This document shows, in pieces, positions 49,183 to 58,820 of a DNA stretch of 64,000 bases; position 1 is the stretch's first letter; each line of letters starts with the position of its first letter. The notes beneath the pieces are model-generated. The model was given only the letters and a program-made list of their open reading frames with translations. It ran no database searches and had not been told where the DNA came from. The stretch comes from an uncultured bacterium. GTDB taxonomy: Bacteria; Hydrogenedentota; Hydrogenedentia; Hydrogenedentales; JAEUWI01. Location of the stretch: the NCBI GenBank assembly GCA_963977445.1, contig CAXBPH010000001.1, positions 16,709 to 80,708 of the forward strand, read 5' to 3'. The translations under genes were made by a program, and so were the position numbers.

Positions 49183-50350
49183 CCCGGAAAACCCCAGGCG
49201 AATCCGCGTCGCCCATATCATCACCCGCCTCTGTAAGGGTGGGGCCCAGGAGAACACCTTTCACACCGTACGTCTCGCCAATCGCGACCGCTTTGACGTG
49301 GATCTTATCAGCGGGCCCACCCGGGGTCGTGAAGGAAGTATCGAAGCCGCCATCGAGGCCGCCGGGATTCCTATACATCGCGAACCTGCTCTGGTGCGCG
49401 CACCCTTACCACCGTTGGACGTGCTGGCATTGCGTGGCCTTACCCGAAAGCTCAAGGCCGGCGACTACGATATTGTCCACACCCACACCTCCAAGGCCGG
49501 AATCCTCGGAAGGCTGGCCGCCGAGCGGGCGGGCATCCCGCACGTGGTCCACACGCCCCATGGCAATGTATTCCACGGCTACTTTAATGGCCCCCTTACC
49601 CGCCTTTTCGTCTGGATGGAACGCCATGCCGCACGGCGAACGGACCGCATCATCGAATTGACGGCCGGCGGTATTGAGGAGCATCTGGCCGAGGGCATCG
49701 GACAGCGTGACCAATACTGCGTCATCTTCAGTGGGATAGATACGACCCCCTATGCCGAAGCCCGTGCACTGCGGGAGCAGACCCGTGCCCAACTCGGTGC
49801 GGGCCCCGATGAAATATTGATTGGTGCCGTTGGGCGCCTTGAACCCGTCAAGGGTTTCACGTATTTTGTAGCCATGGCCCAACTACTCAAAGCGACGAAG
49901 AGCCCGTTGCGATTCTTCCTAGTCGGCGAAGGTGCACTCCGCCCCGCCCTCGAAGCCCAAGCGGCGGAGGCTGGTGTTACCATCGACTTTCTGGGGCTCC
50001 GCGACGACATCCCCAATCTCATGGCCGCCTTCGACATGCTGGTCGTTCCTTCCATCAATGAGGGCATGGGCCGGGTCATTCTTGAAGCGGGTGCCGCAGA
50101 AACGCCCGTCGTCGCGTCCCGGGTCGGTGGTATTCCTGATGTCGTCGATGAGGACGAAACGGGGATGCTCGTACCACCGCGCTCCCCGGAGGCGCTGGCC
50201 GAAGCCGTCACGTCACTCGTCGCCTCTCCCGAACGCCGCAAACTCATGGGTGCCACGGCCCACGCCAAGGTGGTCCCCCACTACAGTCTTACCCGAATGG
50301 TTCAACGGATTGAAACCGTCTATGAGGAATTATTAAATGCGAACACCTGA
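49175..50350 (+). CDS. glycosyltransferase family 4
   Basis: EGMGRVILEAGAAETPVVASRVGGIPDVV motif. 8-nt overlap with the upstream GT4 (ATGACTGA). Confidence 0.8.
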   Translation: MTDPENPRRIRVAHIITRLCKGGAQENTFHTVRLANRDRFDVDLISGPTRGREGSIEAAIEAAGIPIHREPALVRAPLPPLDVLALRGLTRKLKAGDYDIVHTHTSKAGILGRLAAERAGIPHVVHTPHGNVFHGYFNGPLTRLFVWMERHAARRTDRIIELTAGGIEEHLAEGIGQRDQYCVIFSGIDTTPYAEARALREQTRAQLGAGPDEILIGAVGRLEPVKGFTYFVAMAQLLKATKSPLRFFLVGEGALRPALEAQAAEAGVTIDFLGLRDDIPNLMAAFDMLVVPSINEGMGRVILEAGAAETPVVASRVGGIPDVVDEDETGMLVPPRSPEALAEAVTSLVASPERRKLMGATAHAKVVPHYSLTRMVQRIETVYEELLNANT

Positions 50351-51071
50351 GACCCCTGCCGATGAATTTCTGTCCAAACAGCGACTGCTGGTCATCTCCC
50401 CCCACGCGGACGACGAAAGCTTTGGCTGCGCAGGCACCATGGCCCGCATCAAGGATTTGGGCGGCGAAGTCTATGTCATCTGCTGCTCCGTGGGCACCTT
50501 GAAACACTATGACGGCAAAGAAGAGCTCGTCGACGGGAGTACCCGGGAAAAAGAATTTGAGTCGGTCATGGATTACCTCAAGGTGGACGACTATGAATAC
50601 CTCTATCGGGATGCGGAATCACACCTGCGACTGGACATGATTCCCCGTCGCGATCTCATCTCCAAGTTTGAGCGGGAGTCCCGCCTTTCCCTCGACAAAC
50701 TCCAGCCCACCATGCTGGCCATCCCCGTATCCTCGTACAACCAGGATCACGAGGCCGTATTCCGGGCGGCCTTCACTGCGGCACGGCCCGGTGTCCCCAA
50801 GGACAAACCGGTGCAGCCACTGGTGCTGGGATACAACAACACGTCCCTTTTCTGGAGCCTGGAGCATGAAAAAATTCACATGAACTTCTATGTCGACATA
50901 TCCGACTATCTCGAGAACAAATTACATGCCCTTAGTCTGCACAAGTCCCAGATGCGCGACCCCATTCACCATTCCAGCGTGCAGAATGTGGAGTATGCCG
51001 CCCGTCTCCGCGGCAGCGAGATTTCCGTTGCTGCCGCCGAAGGATTCATGCTCTTTCGACAGATACTGTAG
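50337..51071 (+). CDS. PIG-L / LmbE-family N-acetylglucosaminyl deacetylase
   Basis: LLVISPHADDESFGCAGT zinc-binding signature of the LmbE/PIG-L family. 14-nt overlap with the upstream GT4. Confidence 0.8.
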   Translation: MRTPETPADEFLSKQRLLVISPHADDESFGCAGTMARIKDLGGEVYVICCSVGTLKHYDGKEELVDGSTREKEFESVMDYLKVDDYEYLYRDAESHLRLDMIPRRDLISKFERESRLSLDKLQPTMLAIPVSSYNQDHEAVFRAAFTAARPGVPKDKPVQPLVLGYNNTSLFWSLEHEKIHMNFYVDISDYLENKLHALSLHKSQMRDPIHHSSVQNVEYAARLRGSEISVAAAEGFMLFRQIL

Positions 51072-51244
51072 GAAAACTTGCTCGGACTACTGGAAAGCCA
51101 GCCGTATCGGGCGTTATACTGGGAACACAGTCGCAACGATTAATTGGGCTGTTTTTCCAATTCTGAAAGCATAATGTTTACCACTCCGCTTGATAATGTA
51201 GCTACTACATTTAACAGCGATACATTTCACTACAGGAACCCACC

Positions 51245-52294
51245 ATGAGCGACCAGAAACTCGTAATCGGCATGCCAGCAGGCTCGCTGGCCGATCCCAA
51301 CCGCGGCGGCAACCTTATCGATCTGCTGAAGCACGCGGGTTTCCCCACCAGTGGCTACGAAAAAGGCGGCCCCACCACCTTCCCCATGAACAGCGTCCTC
51401 ATGGGATGGGATGGACGGCCCCAGGAATTCGGTGCCCAGTTGGCTATCGGTGAAATTGACGTCGCAATCGCGGGCGATGACTGGATCAAAGAGCGGGTCC
51501 TCGAATACAAGTATGAATACAACCAGGAAATCGAGCTGGAAAAAGTGCTCTCCCTGAACCGTGGCGGTGTCCGGTTGGTGATTATCAACAATCCGCTGGG
51601 CGACGACACGAGTTTCGACGAATGGCTGCGTCACATGCTGGTCGAAAAGCCGCTCATTACCATGGTTTCAGAGATGCCTTATCTGGCCCTTGACTGGTTC
51701 CACCGCAAGATCGCCGATTTGGGCTTCCAGGATTCCCACGGCGAATTCTCCGTGCAGAAGTTCAAGACCCCCCCAAAGATAAAGTCGGGCTTGGTTATTT
51801 ATGAAACCTGGGGCAAGACCGAAGCCAAGGTTCTGAAGGGCTCCGTAGATTTCGGCCTGGAAATCACCCAGACGGGCAGCGCCATCCGAAACTATGGTTT
51901 GGAGATGAGCGAAGAAGTCTTCACCTCCGAAACCGGCATCTGGGCGAATCCGAAGATCAAGGAAAACCCCGAGAAACTGGAATTGGCGCGCATGTTCCTG
52001 CTGAACCTGCAGGGCTCCATTTTTGCGGAAGACAAACTCCTCCTCTCTTTCAATGCCCGCAACAAGGATGTGGAAGAGGTCATTGCCTATCTCAGTGAGA
52101 ACGCCCTATTCGGCGATGAGCCCACCATGAGTCAGGGCACGAGCTTTACGCAGTTCACGGTACAGGTGGCTATCAAGAATAAGCGGATGGGCCTGGCACA
52201 CGTACGTTATGAACTCGCCAAGATGGGGGCCACCCACATCGAGACCATCCCCCTGGACTCGTGCATTACGGGCCTGGACGCCATCGACTTCTGA
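51245..52294 (+). CDS. hisG: ATP phosphoribosyltransferase (HisG)-like protein, long form with insertions
   Basis: Block-wise similarity to HisG: LVIGMPAGSLAD (cf. RIAMQKSGRLSD), EIDVAIAGDDWIKE (cf. VDLGIIGENVLEE), LVIYETWG...GSVDFGLEITQTGSAIRNYGL (cf. [30 protein letters not shown]). 349 aa versus about 300 typical. Confidence 0.5.
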   Translation: MSDQKLVIGMPAGSLADPNRGGNLIDLLKHAGFPTSGYEKGGPTTFPMNSVLMGWDGRPQEFGAQLAIGEIDVAIAGDDWIKERVLEYKYEYNQEIELEKVLSLNRGGVRLVIINNPLGDDTSFDEWLRHMLVEKPLITMVSEMPYLALDWFHRKIADLGFQDSHGEFSVQKFKTPPKIKSGLVIYETWGKTEAKVLKGSVDFGLEITQTGSAIRNYGLEMSEEVFTSETGIWANPKIKENPEKLELARMFLLNLQGSIFAEDKLLLSFNARNKDVEEVIAYLSENALFGDEPTMSQGTSFTQFTVQVAIKNKRMGLAHVRYELAKMGATHIETIPLDSCITGLDAIDF

Positions 52295-52313
52295 TTCAGA
52301 AACGACGCATTTT

Positions 52314-52350
52314 GCGGGACCATTCTTCGGAGTGGTCCCGCTTTCTTTTT
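52314..52350 (+). terminator. rho-independent terminator after the hisG-like gene
   Basis: gcgggaccat-tcttcggag-tggtcccgc followed by TTTCTTTTT, 20 nt after the stop. Confidence 0.7.
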
Positions 52351-53017
52351 GGTTCCAGGGCAATTAGTTGGGATGATTTATTCGATATTTCAAGTGCAGG
52401 AGGCAAAAGGATGGCTCGATAGGTTCTTGCGAATCATGTCGTCACGCAACTTTTTGCAGATAAAACGACAAACCATGGACGTGCCGCGCGATCTGGCACT
52501 CCTGTCGAAGATGCGCCGCAGGTGGATTCGTGCGAAGGGGCTGCGGGACGTCGTTGGGGTCTATGTAATTGTGGGAAGTCTTCAATAGGTCATTGGGAAT
52601 AGAGCATTTTGCTTGGCCGAACTTTGCGTTGCTAATCCTTGAAAATACTCGTATTTCCCGTGGCTTCGCGCCTTGATTTCGACCAAGAATTCTCGTTCTC
52701 GCCTTCACGCGCCTTTTGCAACGGGCTGCTAGCATATTTCGCCGATCACATGAAAATCAGAGGGGCGAGGTGCGGTGTGTCCATTCCAAGCGCACGAACC
52801 CTCGTACCGCGGGATCGCGCGGCACCTTTGGCGCTTGAAATCTCGAATCAATCATCCCAGCTACGTACGCATGAACTTTTCTTATTGCCCAAACATGCGA
52901 CTGGACCGCAAAAAGACAACGCGCCACAACGCCCCCTCCCACGGTCTTCCGGACACAAAAAGAGCCAGGAACAACCTGTGTTGCACCTGGCTCTGAAGTA
53001 GCGTCTGATTGAGTAAC

Positions 53018-54262
53018 TTATCCGGTGGCGAGACAGAGTCCGTCGTCACCGGGCGTTTCGTCGGGATCACAGAGGCGGTAGCCACCTTTGTTGTAAATCT
53101 GAATGGCCCGAAGCATTTCGGACAGGTCAAAGTGCCAGTCCTCGTTATAGTCGGCATTGTGGGGGGTGCAGGTTTCGGTGCCTTCGGCACTGGGAATGAA
53201 ACCATCTTCACCGGAGGGGTCGCAGCTGAATTCGCCCAGATTGTACAGCTGAATCATGCGCAAGAGTTCGCTGGAGCTAATCTTCATATCATCGTCATTG
53301 TCCCCCGCATGGCCCACGCGGTCACCGGTGCTGCCCGCGAGCTCGGAGCCCACCACATACTTTACGATGGGATCGGCCGTATCGGAACCCCAGTCGGTAC
53401 TGGGCACCAATTCCGGACTCGCTTCCAGGGAGAAGGAGACATCCAACTTTTTGCCGAGTGCCACGATAGCTTCGCCCGTGGCGGCATTTTTCATGAATCC
53501 CCGAAAGGGGGCCTTCATCTCTGCTTCGTGTCCATCTGCAGAAATTGCGATGGTCACGATGGAGTCGGGATAAACCGGACCCTTGTCCACCACCCAATAG
53601 ATGGCCTCTCCTGTAGGAATGATGATTTCCTGACCGAAGGTCGCCGGATCAAAACCGGGAGGGGTATCGTAGTAAACCCATTGGGTATAGCAATCGTAGT
53701 TACCGGGAACCAGGTTCACCACGCCCATGGACTGTTCCACCTGGGATTGGAGGAAGGCGGGGTCGCCAGAATTTTCAAGACAACCGTGGAGCAGGAAGTG
53801 GCCCGTATTGAATTCGCCGTCGTAAAACTCCACCTCCATATTCATATCATAGCCCGGCGTCGTGGGATAGTAGCCCCCCTCGTGAAGGGGATAGCCGGTT
53901 TCATCATCTTCATCCATATCAATGGTGATAATGATGTAGAAGCGACCGGCTTTGCCATCGACACCTAAATTGGAAGTACGACCAATCTGACCCCGGGAGC
54001 GGAAGTACCCGTAGAGGTTATCTTCATCGTGACTGAATTTATATTCGATCAAGTCCACATCGGGATGGTCGACATAGGCGGGCACATCGGTGGCACCCTT
54101 GTGATCCGTGTCATGCTGATCATCCGCCGGATCCGTATAAGAGGGAATGCCCGCCCAGTCACCAAAATTGCCGTCGATTACAATCGGACGTATTGGTGCT
54201 GCGTTTACGGTTGACACCATCAGGACAACACAACCCACATAAATCAATACTTTGTATTTCAC
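53018..54262 (-). CDS. secreted protein with N-terminal conserved domain (shared with the next gene) and two C-terminal dockerin/EF-hand-like repeats
   Basis: Signal peptide MKYKVLIYVGCVVLMVSTVNAA (GTG at 54262; the ORF extends to 54307). Conserved IDGNFGDWAGIPSYTDPADDQHDTD...YVDHPDVDL block. C-terminal repeats GDNDDDMKISSSELLRMIQLYNLG and DYNEDWHFDLSEMLRAIQIYNKG. Confidence 0.5.
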   Translation of the reverse strand: MKYKVLIYVGCVVLMVSTVNAAPIRPIVIDGNFGDWAGIPSYTDPADDQHDTDHKGATDVPAYVDHPDVDLIEYKFSHDEDNLYGYFRSRGQIGRTSNLGVDGKAGRFYIIITIDMDEDDETGYPLHEGGYYPTTPGYDMNMEVEFYDGEFNTGHFLLHGCLENSGDPAFLQSQVEQSMGVVNLVPGNYDCYTQWVYYDTPPGFDPATFGQEIIIPTGEAIYWVVDKGPVYPDSIVTIAISADGHEAEMKAPFRGFMKNAATGEAIVALGKKLDVSFSLEASPELVPSTDWGSDTADPIVKYVVGSELAGSTGDRVGHAGDNDDDMKISSSELLRMIQLYNLGEFSCDPSGEDGFIPSAEGTETCTPHNADYNEDWHFDLSEMLRAIQIYNKGGYRLCDPDETPGDDGLCLATG

Positions 54263-54369
54263 AATAGCACTCCAAAAACTTCGGCAAAGATTGCCGATTT
54301 TTATCAACTACACTTTTACGTACATCCGCCCCACATTGCTATGATACCTGCTATGGACGGAAAAGAAAA

Positions 54370-55383
54370 CTATTTTATGGACTGGCGCCGAGCAAAAGCG
54401 AGAGAACTCAGAATACCACCAATTATTAGAAAAACGCCCGCAAACCCAATCGCGTAGGGACCGAGGGGCAACGGTGTCGTGGCATCTTTGTTGCCAAGGA
54501 CATACCCGTTAATCGGGTCGGCCGTGTCAGACGCCCATTGGGCACCCACCGCCAACTCACCACTCGCTTCAAGGGAAAAAGAAACATCTATCGTATCGCC
54601 CAGCTCAATGATGGGGCGGCCGCCTGGGCCATCTTTCATAAATCCCCGAAAGGGCGCTTTCATTTCCGCTTCGTGACCGTCGGCGGAAAGAAATATTTCT
54701 ACGATCGAGTCGGGGTATACCGGACCTTTATCCACCACCCAGTAAATCGCTTCTCCCGTGGGAATTATGATTTCGTTGGCATAACCTGGCGGGGTGTCAT
54801 ACCACACCCACTGGGTATAGCAATCATAGTTGCCCGGAACCAGCGTCACATAACCCTGCGACTGCTCGGCTTCCGAAGCCATAAAGGTGGTCGCATCGAG
54901 GCAGCCATGGAGCAGATAGTGCCCTGTGTTAAAGGTACCATCGAAATATTCCACTTCCATGTTCAAGTCATAGCCGGTCGTGGTGGGGAAATAGCCCCCC
55001 TCGTGTAGCGGATAGCCCGTGCTATCGTCATTGTCCATATCAATCGTAATGATGACGTAGTACCGGCCCCCCGTACCTGCACCGGAATTTAACGTACGTC
55101 CGATTACGCCCCGTGATTTGAAATAACCGTAAAAATTGTCTTCGTCATGGGTAAACTTAAATTCAACCAGATCAACATCCTCGTGGTCCACATAGGCGGG
55201 CACGTCGGTTGCCATGGTCTGATCCGTATCATGCTGGTCGTCCACCGGATCCGTGTAGGACGGCACTTCCGCCCAGTCATCGAAATTCCCATCCATGGAA
55301 ATGCGATAAATGGGTTCGGCATGGCCCGCGAAGGATAGGGTGAACAAAACCATCCCAACAAGTCCACGGCGTAGTGTCGACAT
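54370..55383 (-). CDS. secreted paralog of the preceding gene with C-terminal TM/Arg-rich (PEP-CTERM-like) anchor
   Basis: Signal peptide. MDGNFDDWAEVPSYTDPVDDQHDTD...YVDHEDVDL block, estimated >50% identical to the 53018 gene over ~280 aa. C-terminus PLPLGPYAIGFAGVFLIIGGILSSLAFARRQSIK. Confidence 0.5.
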   Translation of the reverse strand: MSTLRRGLVGMVLFTLSFAGHAEPIYRISMDGNFDDWAEVPSYTDPVDDQHDTDQTMATDVPAYVDHEDVDLVEFKFTHDEDNFYGYFKSRGVIGRTLNSGAGTGGRYYVIITIDMDNDDSTGYPLHEGGYFPTTTGYDLNMEVEYFDGTFNTGHYLLHGCLDATTFMASEAEQSQGYVTLVPGNYDCYTQWVWYDTPPGYANEIIIPTGEAIYWVVDKGPVYPDSIVEIFLSADGHEAEMKAPFRGFMKDGPGGRPIIELGDTIDVSFSLEASGELAVGAQWASDTADPINGYVLGNKDATTPLPLGPYAIGFAGVFLIIGGILSSLAFARRQSIK

Positions 55384-55550
55384 AGCGAATTGCTCCAGAT
55401 GCCCCTACGTTCAGTTTCAATGATCGTGTGCTGTCGAAACTGACAGACAAGAATCCCCAAGCGCCCAGCATACAGTAATCCGCTTCGGAATAAAAATCCC
55501 CTCAGCCCCCTGGCGGTGGAGAATTGCCGATAATTTCATGAACCAAAGGC

Positions 55551-57422
55551 CTATTCCAAGGCAAATATCCCCGAGGCAGGGAAGTGGGCTCCCGTCGCCC
55601 AACCGGGGCGCCAGGTAATCAAAGATACACCAAGGCGGGCATCGGAAGGGTCGTAGTCGTTGATACCGATATTAAATTGGATATGGTCCGTTTCTGCTCC
55701 GGAAATACGTTTCAACGCCGCCAGCGGTATGGAAAACTCGTAGGTAATTCGTTCCGCTGACGCATCGAATGCGGATATACAGTCTAACTCGGCAGAAAGG
55801 TGCTTGGAGCCATTCCGCTCATAGCCCGCCCGTTCCTCGGGGCTGAGGTCGGGACCTTCAACGATAGCCACAACGGATTCCTCGGTCATCGGTGTCTTTT
55901 CGGGATCCTCCCCCGCTGCGCGTGCGTAAACCACGGCGAAGTCCTGCCACAATTTCACCCCACCCCCGTCGACCACGTCATCGTCGACTTCCATGGCCAC
56001 AAAGAGGGTTGTGTCGTCATGGGCGAGGCCAAAGCGGAATGTGGCATCCTCCATGCCCTTCCAAGCAAGTTCGTTGGTATAAATCTGGCCCGGCTGCTTC
56101 ATTTCGAAAGGCAGCACGCCCCAATCGTCCAATTTCCCATCGACGGCAATACCTTCTATCCTGGGTACGTGGTGAAGTCCGTCGGCAAAAAGTCGGTGGA
56201 CATCGTTGAACTGGATGGGCTCGGCATTAAAGGTGTCGTAGATACCGGTCCAATGGAGGGCGATGGGCTGGATCTGGTCCACGAAAAGCGCCGGCTCAGC
56301 GGCCACGGATATACGCTTGGTCACGGCGCTGTCTGGCGGCACAATAAAACTAATACTACTGGGCGATACACGAAGTGATGCATCGGCCTCTACGAAGCCC
56401 TTGAATCGGAGGGGCTTGTCCCAGGGATTGGTCACAGAAATGTCCCAGGAGGCCGTGGCAAAGGTATCGCCTTCGATAACGACGGGGGACGACTGGACCA
56501 CACGACCACTGCGAAAGGCGCTCAATTCTTCCATCAGCGCCGTGGTTCGAAAATCGACGGGCTGAATGCCGTCCAGCGCGAGGGAAGCCATCTTGGGGCC
56601 CTCGTCTCGGGCGGTAACCCACATCACATGGTCGAACTCGCCGTAGGCCTCACCCCGAAGCCGGGAGCCGCCCCCGCTCGTTCCCAACGTGACATACTGG
56701 ATGTTGCCGCGCTCCTCGAAGGAGTAATTGTGGACATGGCCAGCAAAGAAGGTGTGCTGGCGCCCGGCGAAGAGGGGCTCGGCCCGCTTCCATTCGTCTT
56801 CGTGGGATAGCCAGAAGGGCTTATGCTGAATAACGTACGTCCAGCGCACATCGGTGTGGGCGTCCAGCACGCCCTTGGCCCACTGGAGCTGTTCCTCGCT
56901 GTAACCCGTGCCCCTATTCTCTCCGTCGTTCGTATCAAGAATGAGAAAGAGAACATCCTGATAAAGAAAATAGTAATAGGAAGGCCCCACCCGTTCCAGG
57001 TAGACATCGTGCCAAAGCTGCCGTCCCACATCGTGGTTACCGGGTGCAAAGAAGAAGGGCACCGTGAGGGGTTCCAGGTAGGTCATGAACTCGTCCCACT
57101 GGACGTTTAATTCCTCTTTGGTATCTACATAGCCTTCTATCAGGTCGCCCACGCTGATGATAAAGGCGGGCTGGAGCAGATCGGCTTTTTCCATGGCCTC
57201 GCGGAAGATGCCGGGACGGGGCGTACCCGTGTTGTCGGACACCACCACGAATTGGAAGTCCTTGGGAGCAAATCGGGGTTTGTCGCTGGTCCAGGGCTTC
57301 TTATCACCGACGATAGTGTGCTCGATAAGCGGGGCATGGTCGTCGTCATGATCCCCACCGGGGTGGGCGACGGCCAATCGGGCAAGTGAGGAAATGAGCA
57401 AGAGTATCGTTAACGAGCGCAT
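55551..57422 (-). CDS. secreted calcineurin-like metallophosphoesterase (purple-acid-phosphatase-like) with C-terminal extension
   Basis: Signal peptide. Metallophosphoesterase motifs FVVVSDNTG (GD), GNHD (FAPGNHDVG), GHVHNY. ~300-aa C-terminal beta-rich region. Confidence 0.7.
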   Translation of the reverse strand: MRSLTILLLISSLARLAVAHPGGDHDDDHAPLIEHTIVGDKKPWTSDKPRFAPKDFQFVVVSDNTGTPRPGIFREAMEKADLLQPAFIISVGDLIEGYVDTKEELNVQWDEFMTYLEPLTVPFFFAPGNHDVGRQLWHDVYLERVGPSYYYFLYQDVLFLILDTNDGENRGTGYSEEQLQWAKGVLDAHTDVRWTYVIQHKPFWLSHEDEWKRAEPLFAGRQHTFFAGHVHNYSFEERGNIQYVTLGTSGGGSRLRGEAYGEFDHVMWVTARDEGPKMASLALDGIQPVDFRTTALMEELSAFRSGRVVQSSPVVIEGDTFATASWDISVTNPWDKPLRFKGFVEADASLRVSPSSISFIVPPDSAVTKRISVAAEPALFVDQIQPIALHWTGIYDTFNAEPIQFNDVHRLFADGLHHVPRIEGIAVDGKLDDWGVLPFEMKQPGQIYTNELAWKGMEDATFRFGLAHDDTTLFVAMEVDDDVVDGGGVKLWQDFAVVYARAAGEDPEKTPMTEESVVAIVEGPDLSPEERAGYERNGSKHLSAELDCISAFDASAERITYEFSIPLAALKRISGAETDHIQFNIGINDYDPSDARLGVSLITWRPGWATGAHFPASGIFALE

Positions 57423-57522
57423 GGGCTATCAAACTTTCCAGGTTAATACCTACCGGAACTGAACTTGGGTTGCAACAGGTCGATGATGACCTGCTCCAGC
57501 CCATTAATGCAAGAAGATGGTA

Positions 57523-58484
57523 TCAGACACCTGCGCCGTAGACAGCGTTCAACTTCGGCACCGGAAATTCGTCCGACGGAAATTTTACAAACTTCACATG
57601 ACCGTCCAGATAGAGCACATTGGAACCACCGGGGATGTGGTTGAAACGCTGGGTCCCGGAGGGGGCACTCGGCTGGGCCGCTTCGATGTGGTCCCACATG
57701 AGCGCAATCAAGCTCTGTGCTTTCGCCGATCCAGCCGCATTGTTTACCGTGATGAGAAAACGCTCGGTGCCCTCGCGAAGACGGGAAATCTTGTCGCCGC
57801 CATTGTTGCCCTGGGCCACATAGGTCCCGGCAGCTTCGCCCAGTTCCGCCGCAGACGCGTCGATATAGGGCTGAATCATTCCCCGCGCTGCCGCAGCATT
57901 TACGCCAGGGATCAATCCACCCAGATCGATATACCCGTCGAGAAGGGCCTGCTGCTCTGCAGGTCCACCACCAATGGCACCGGGGACCTGTACCGCAATG
58001 ACCATCGTGCCAAAGACATCAACTATCTCCACCAGGTAACCATAGTAGAGGTAACTGCGCTTGTCACCAAACTCCTCGGGATCAAGCTTTCCGAAATTCG
58101 GACTGATTATATCCTGGGTTCACCATTGGCCATCGGGCAGTCACTAAAAAGCTCTGCGGCACCACGGGCCGTGGATGGGCAAAAGTACAGATTCAGGTCG
58201 GTGAGGTATTCGGGATAGACGGCGCTACCGTCCACCATGGCGACCGGTCCGACTTTCGTGAGATCGTCCAGCTTCGACTCATCGCCCATGGGGGGATAGT
58301 TTTCGCCCGCCGATTCATTGGCATACATTTTGTAGACCAAGGCCCATTGCTTGAGATTGTTCTGGCAACTCGCGCGGCGCGCCGCTTCCCGGGCACGGGC
58401 CAAGGCAGGCAGGAGTATGGCCGCCAGTAGGCTAATGATAGCAATAACAACGAGAAGTTCGATGAGAGTGAAGCCTTTGTTCAT
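57523..58484 (-). pseudogene. DUF1559 / prepilin-signal protein gene interrupted by a frameshift (two ORF pieces)
   Basis: ORF 58107..58484 encodes [46 protein letters not shown] (aaggag RBS). ORF 57523..58032 encodes the family C-terminus ...FNHIPGGSNVLYLDGHVKFVKF. The pieces are in different frames with a ~75-nt gap. Paralog of 15677..16642. Confidence 0.55.
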
Positions 58485-58820
58485 GGTAAAACTCCTTATG
58501 CTATGTTTGCTGATAACAGCAGGTACTGCCGGTAGAACGGACATCGAAGCAACGCCCGATCAGCGCACAGCGTACCGGAGTCCCGTTTCACACGCATATG
58601 TTCCGTGTTAGAATCCGATTGCCGGGAACGACGCAGGCAGTAGCACAATTCGCATCTGATGCAGCTCCGCAAATCACCATGACTCCATTCGCCATGCGGA
58701 ACCGGGCGTCACTCCCCTCTTGAATGGCATCGGGCGTTGTGTTCCAATGATGGGCGGTGCACGTGACGGTCTGTTGTGATACCACGCCGAAAGTCTCGCG
58801 CCCCAGGAGTGTAATTTATC

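Noticed and set aside
52351-53017. 670-bp convergent intergenic region with several 60-120-aa ORFs
   Set aside because: The ORFs lack RBS and homology. The region lies between a strong terminator and the 3' end of a minus-strand gene. No repeat or structured element was identified by eye.
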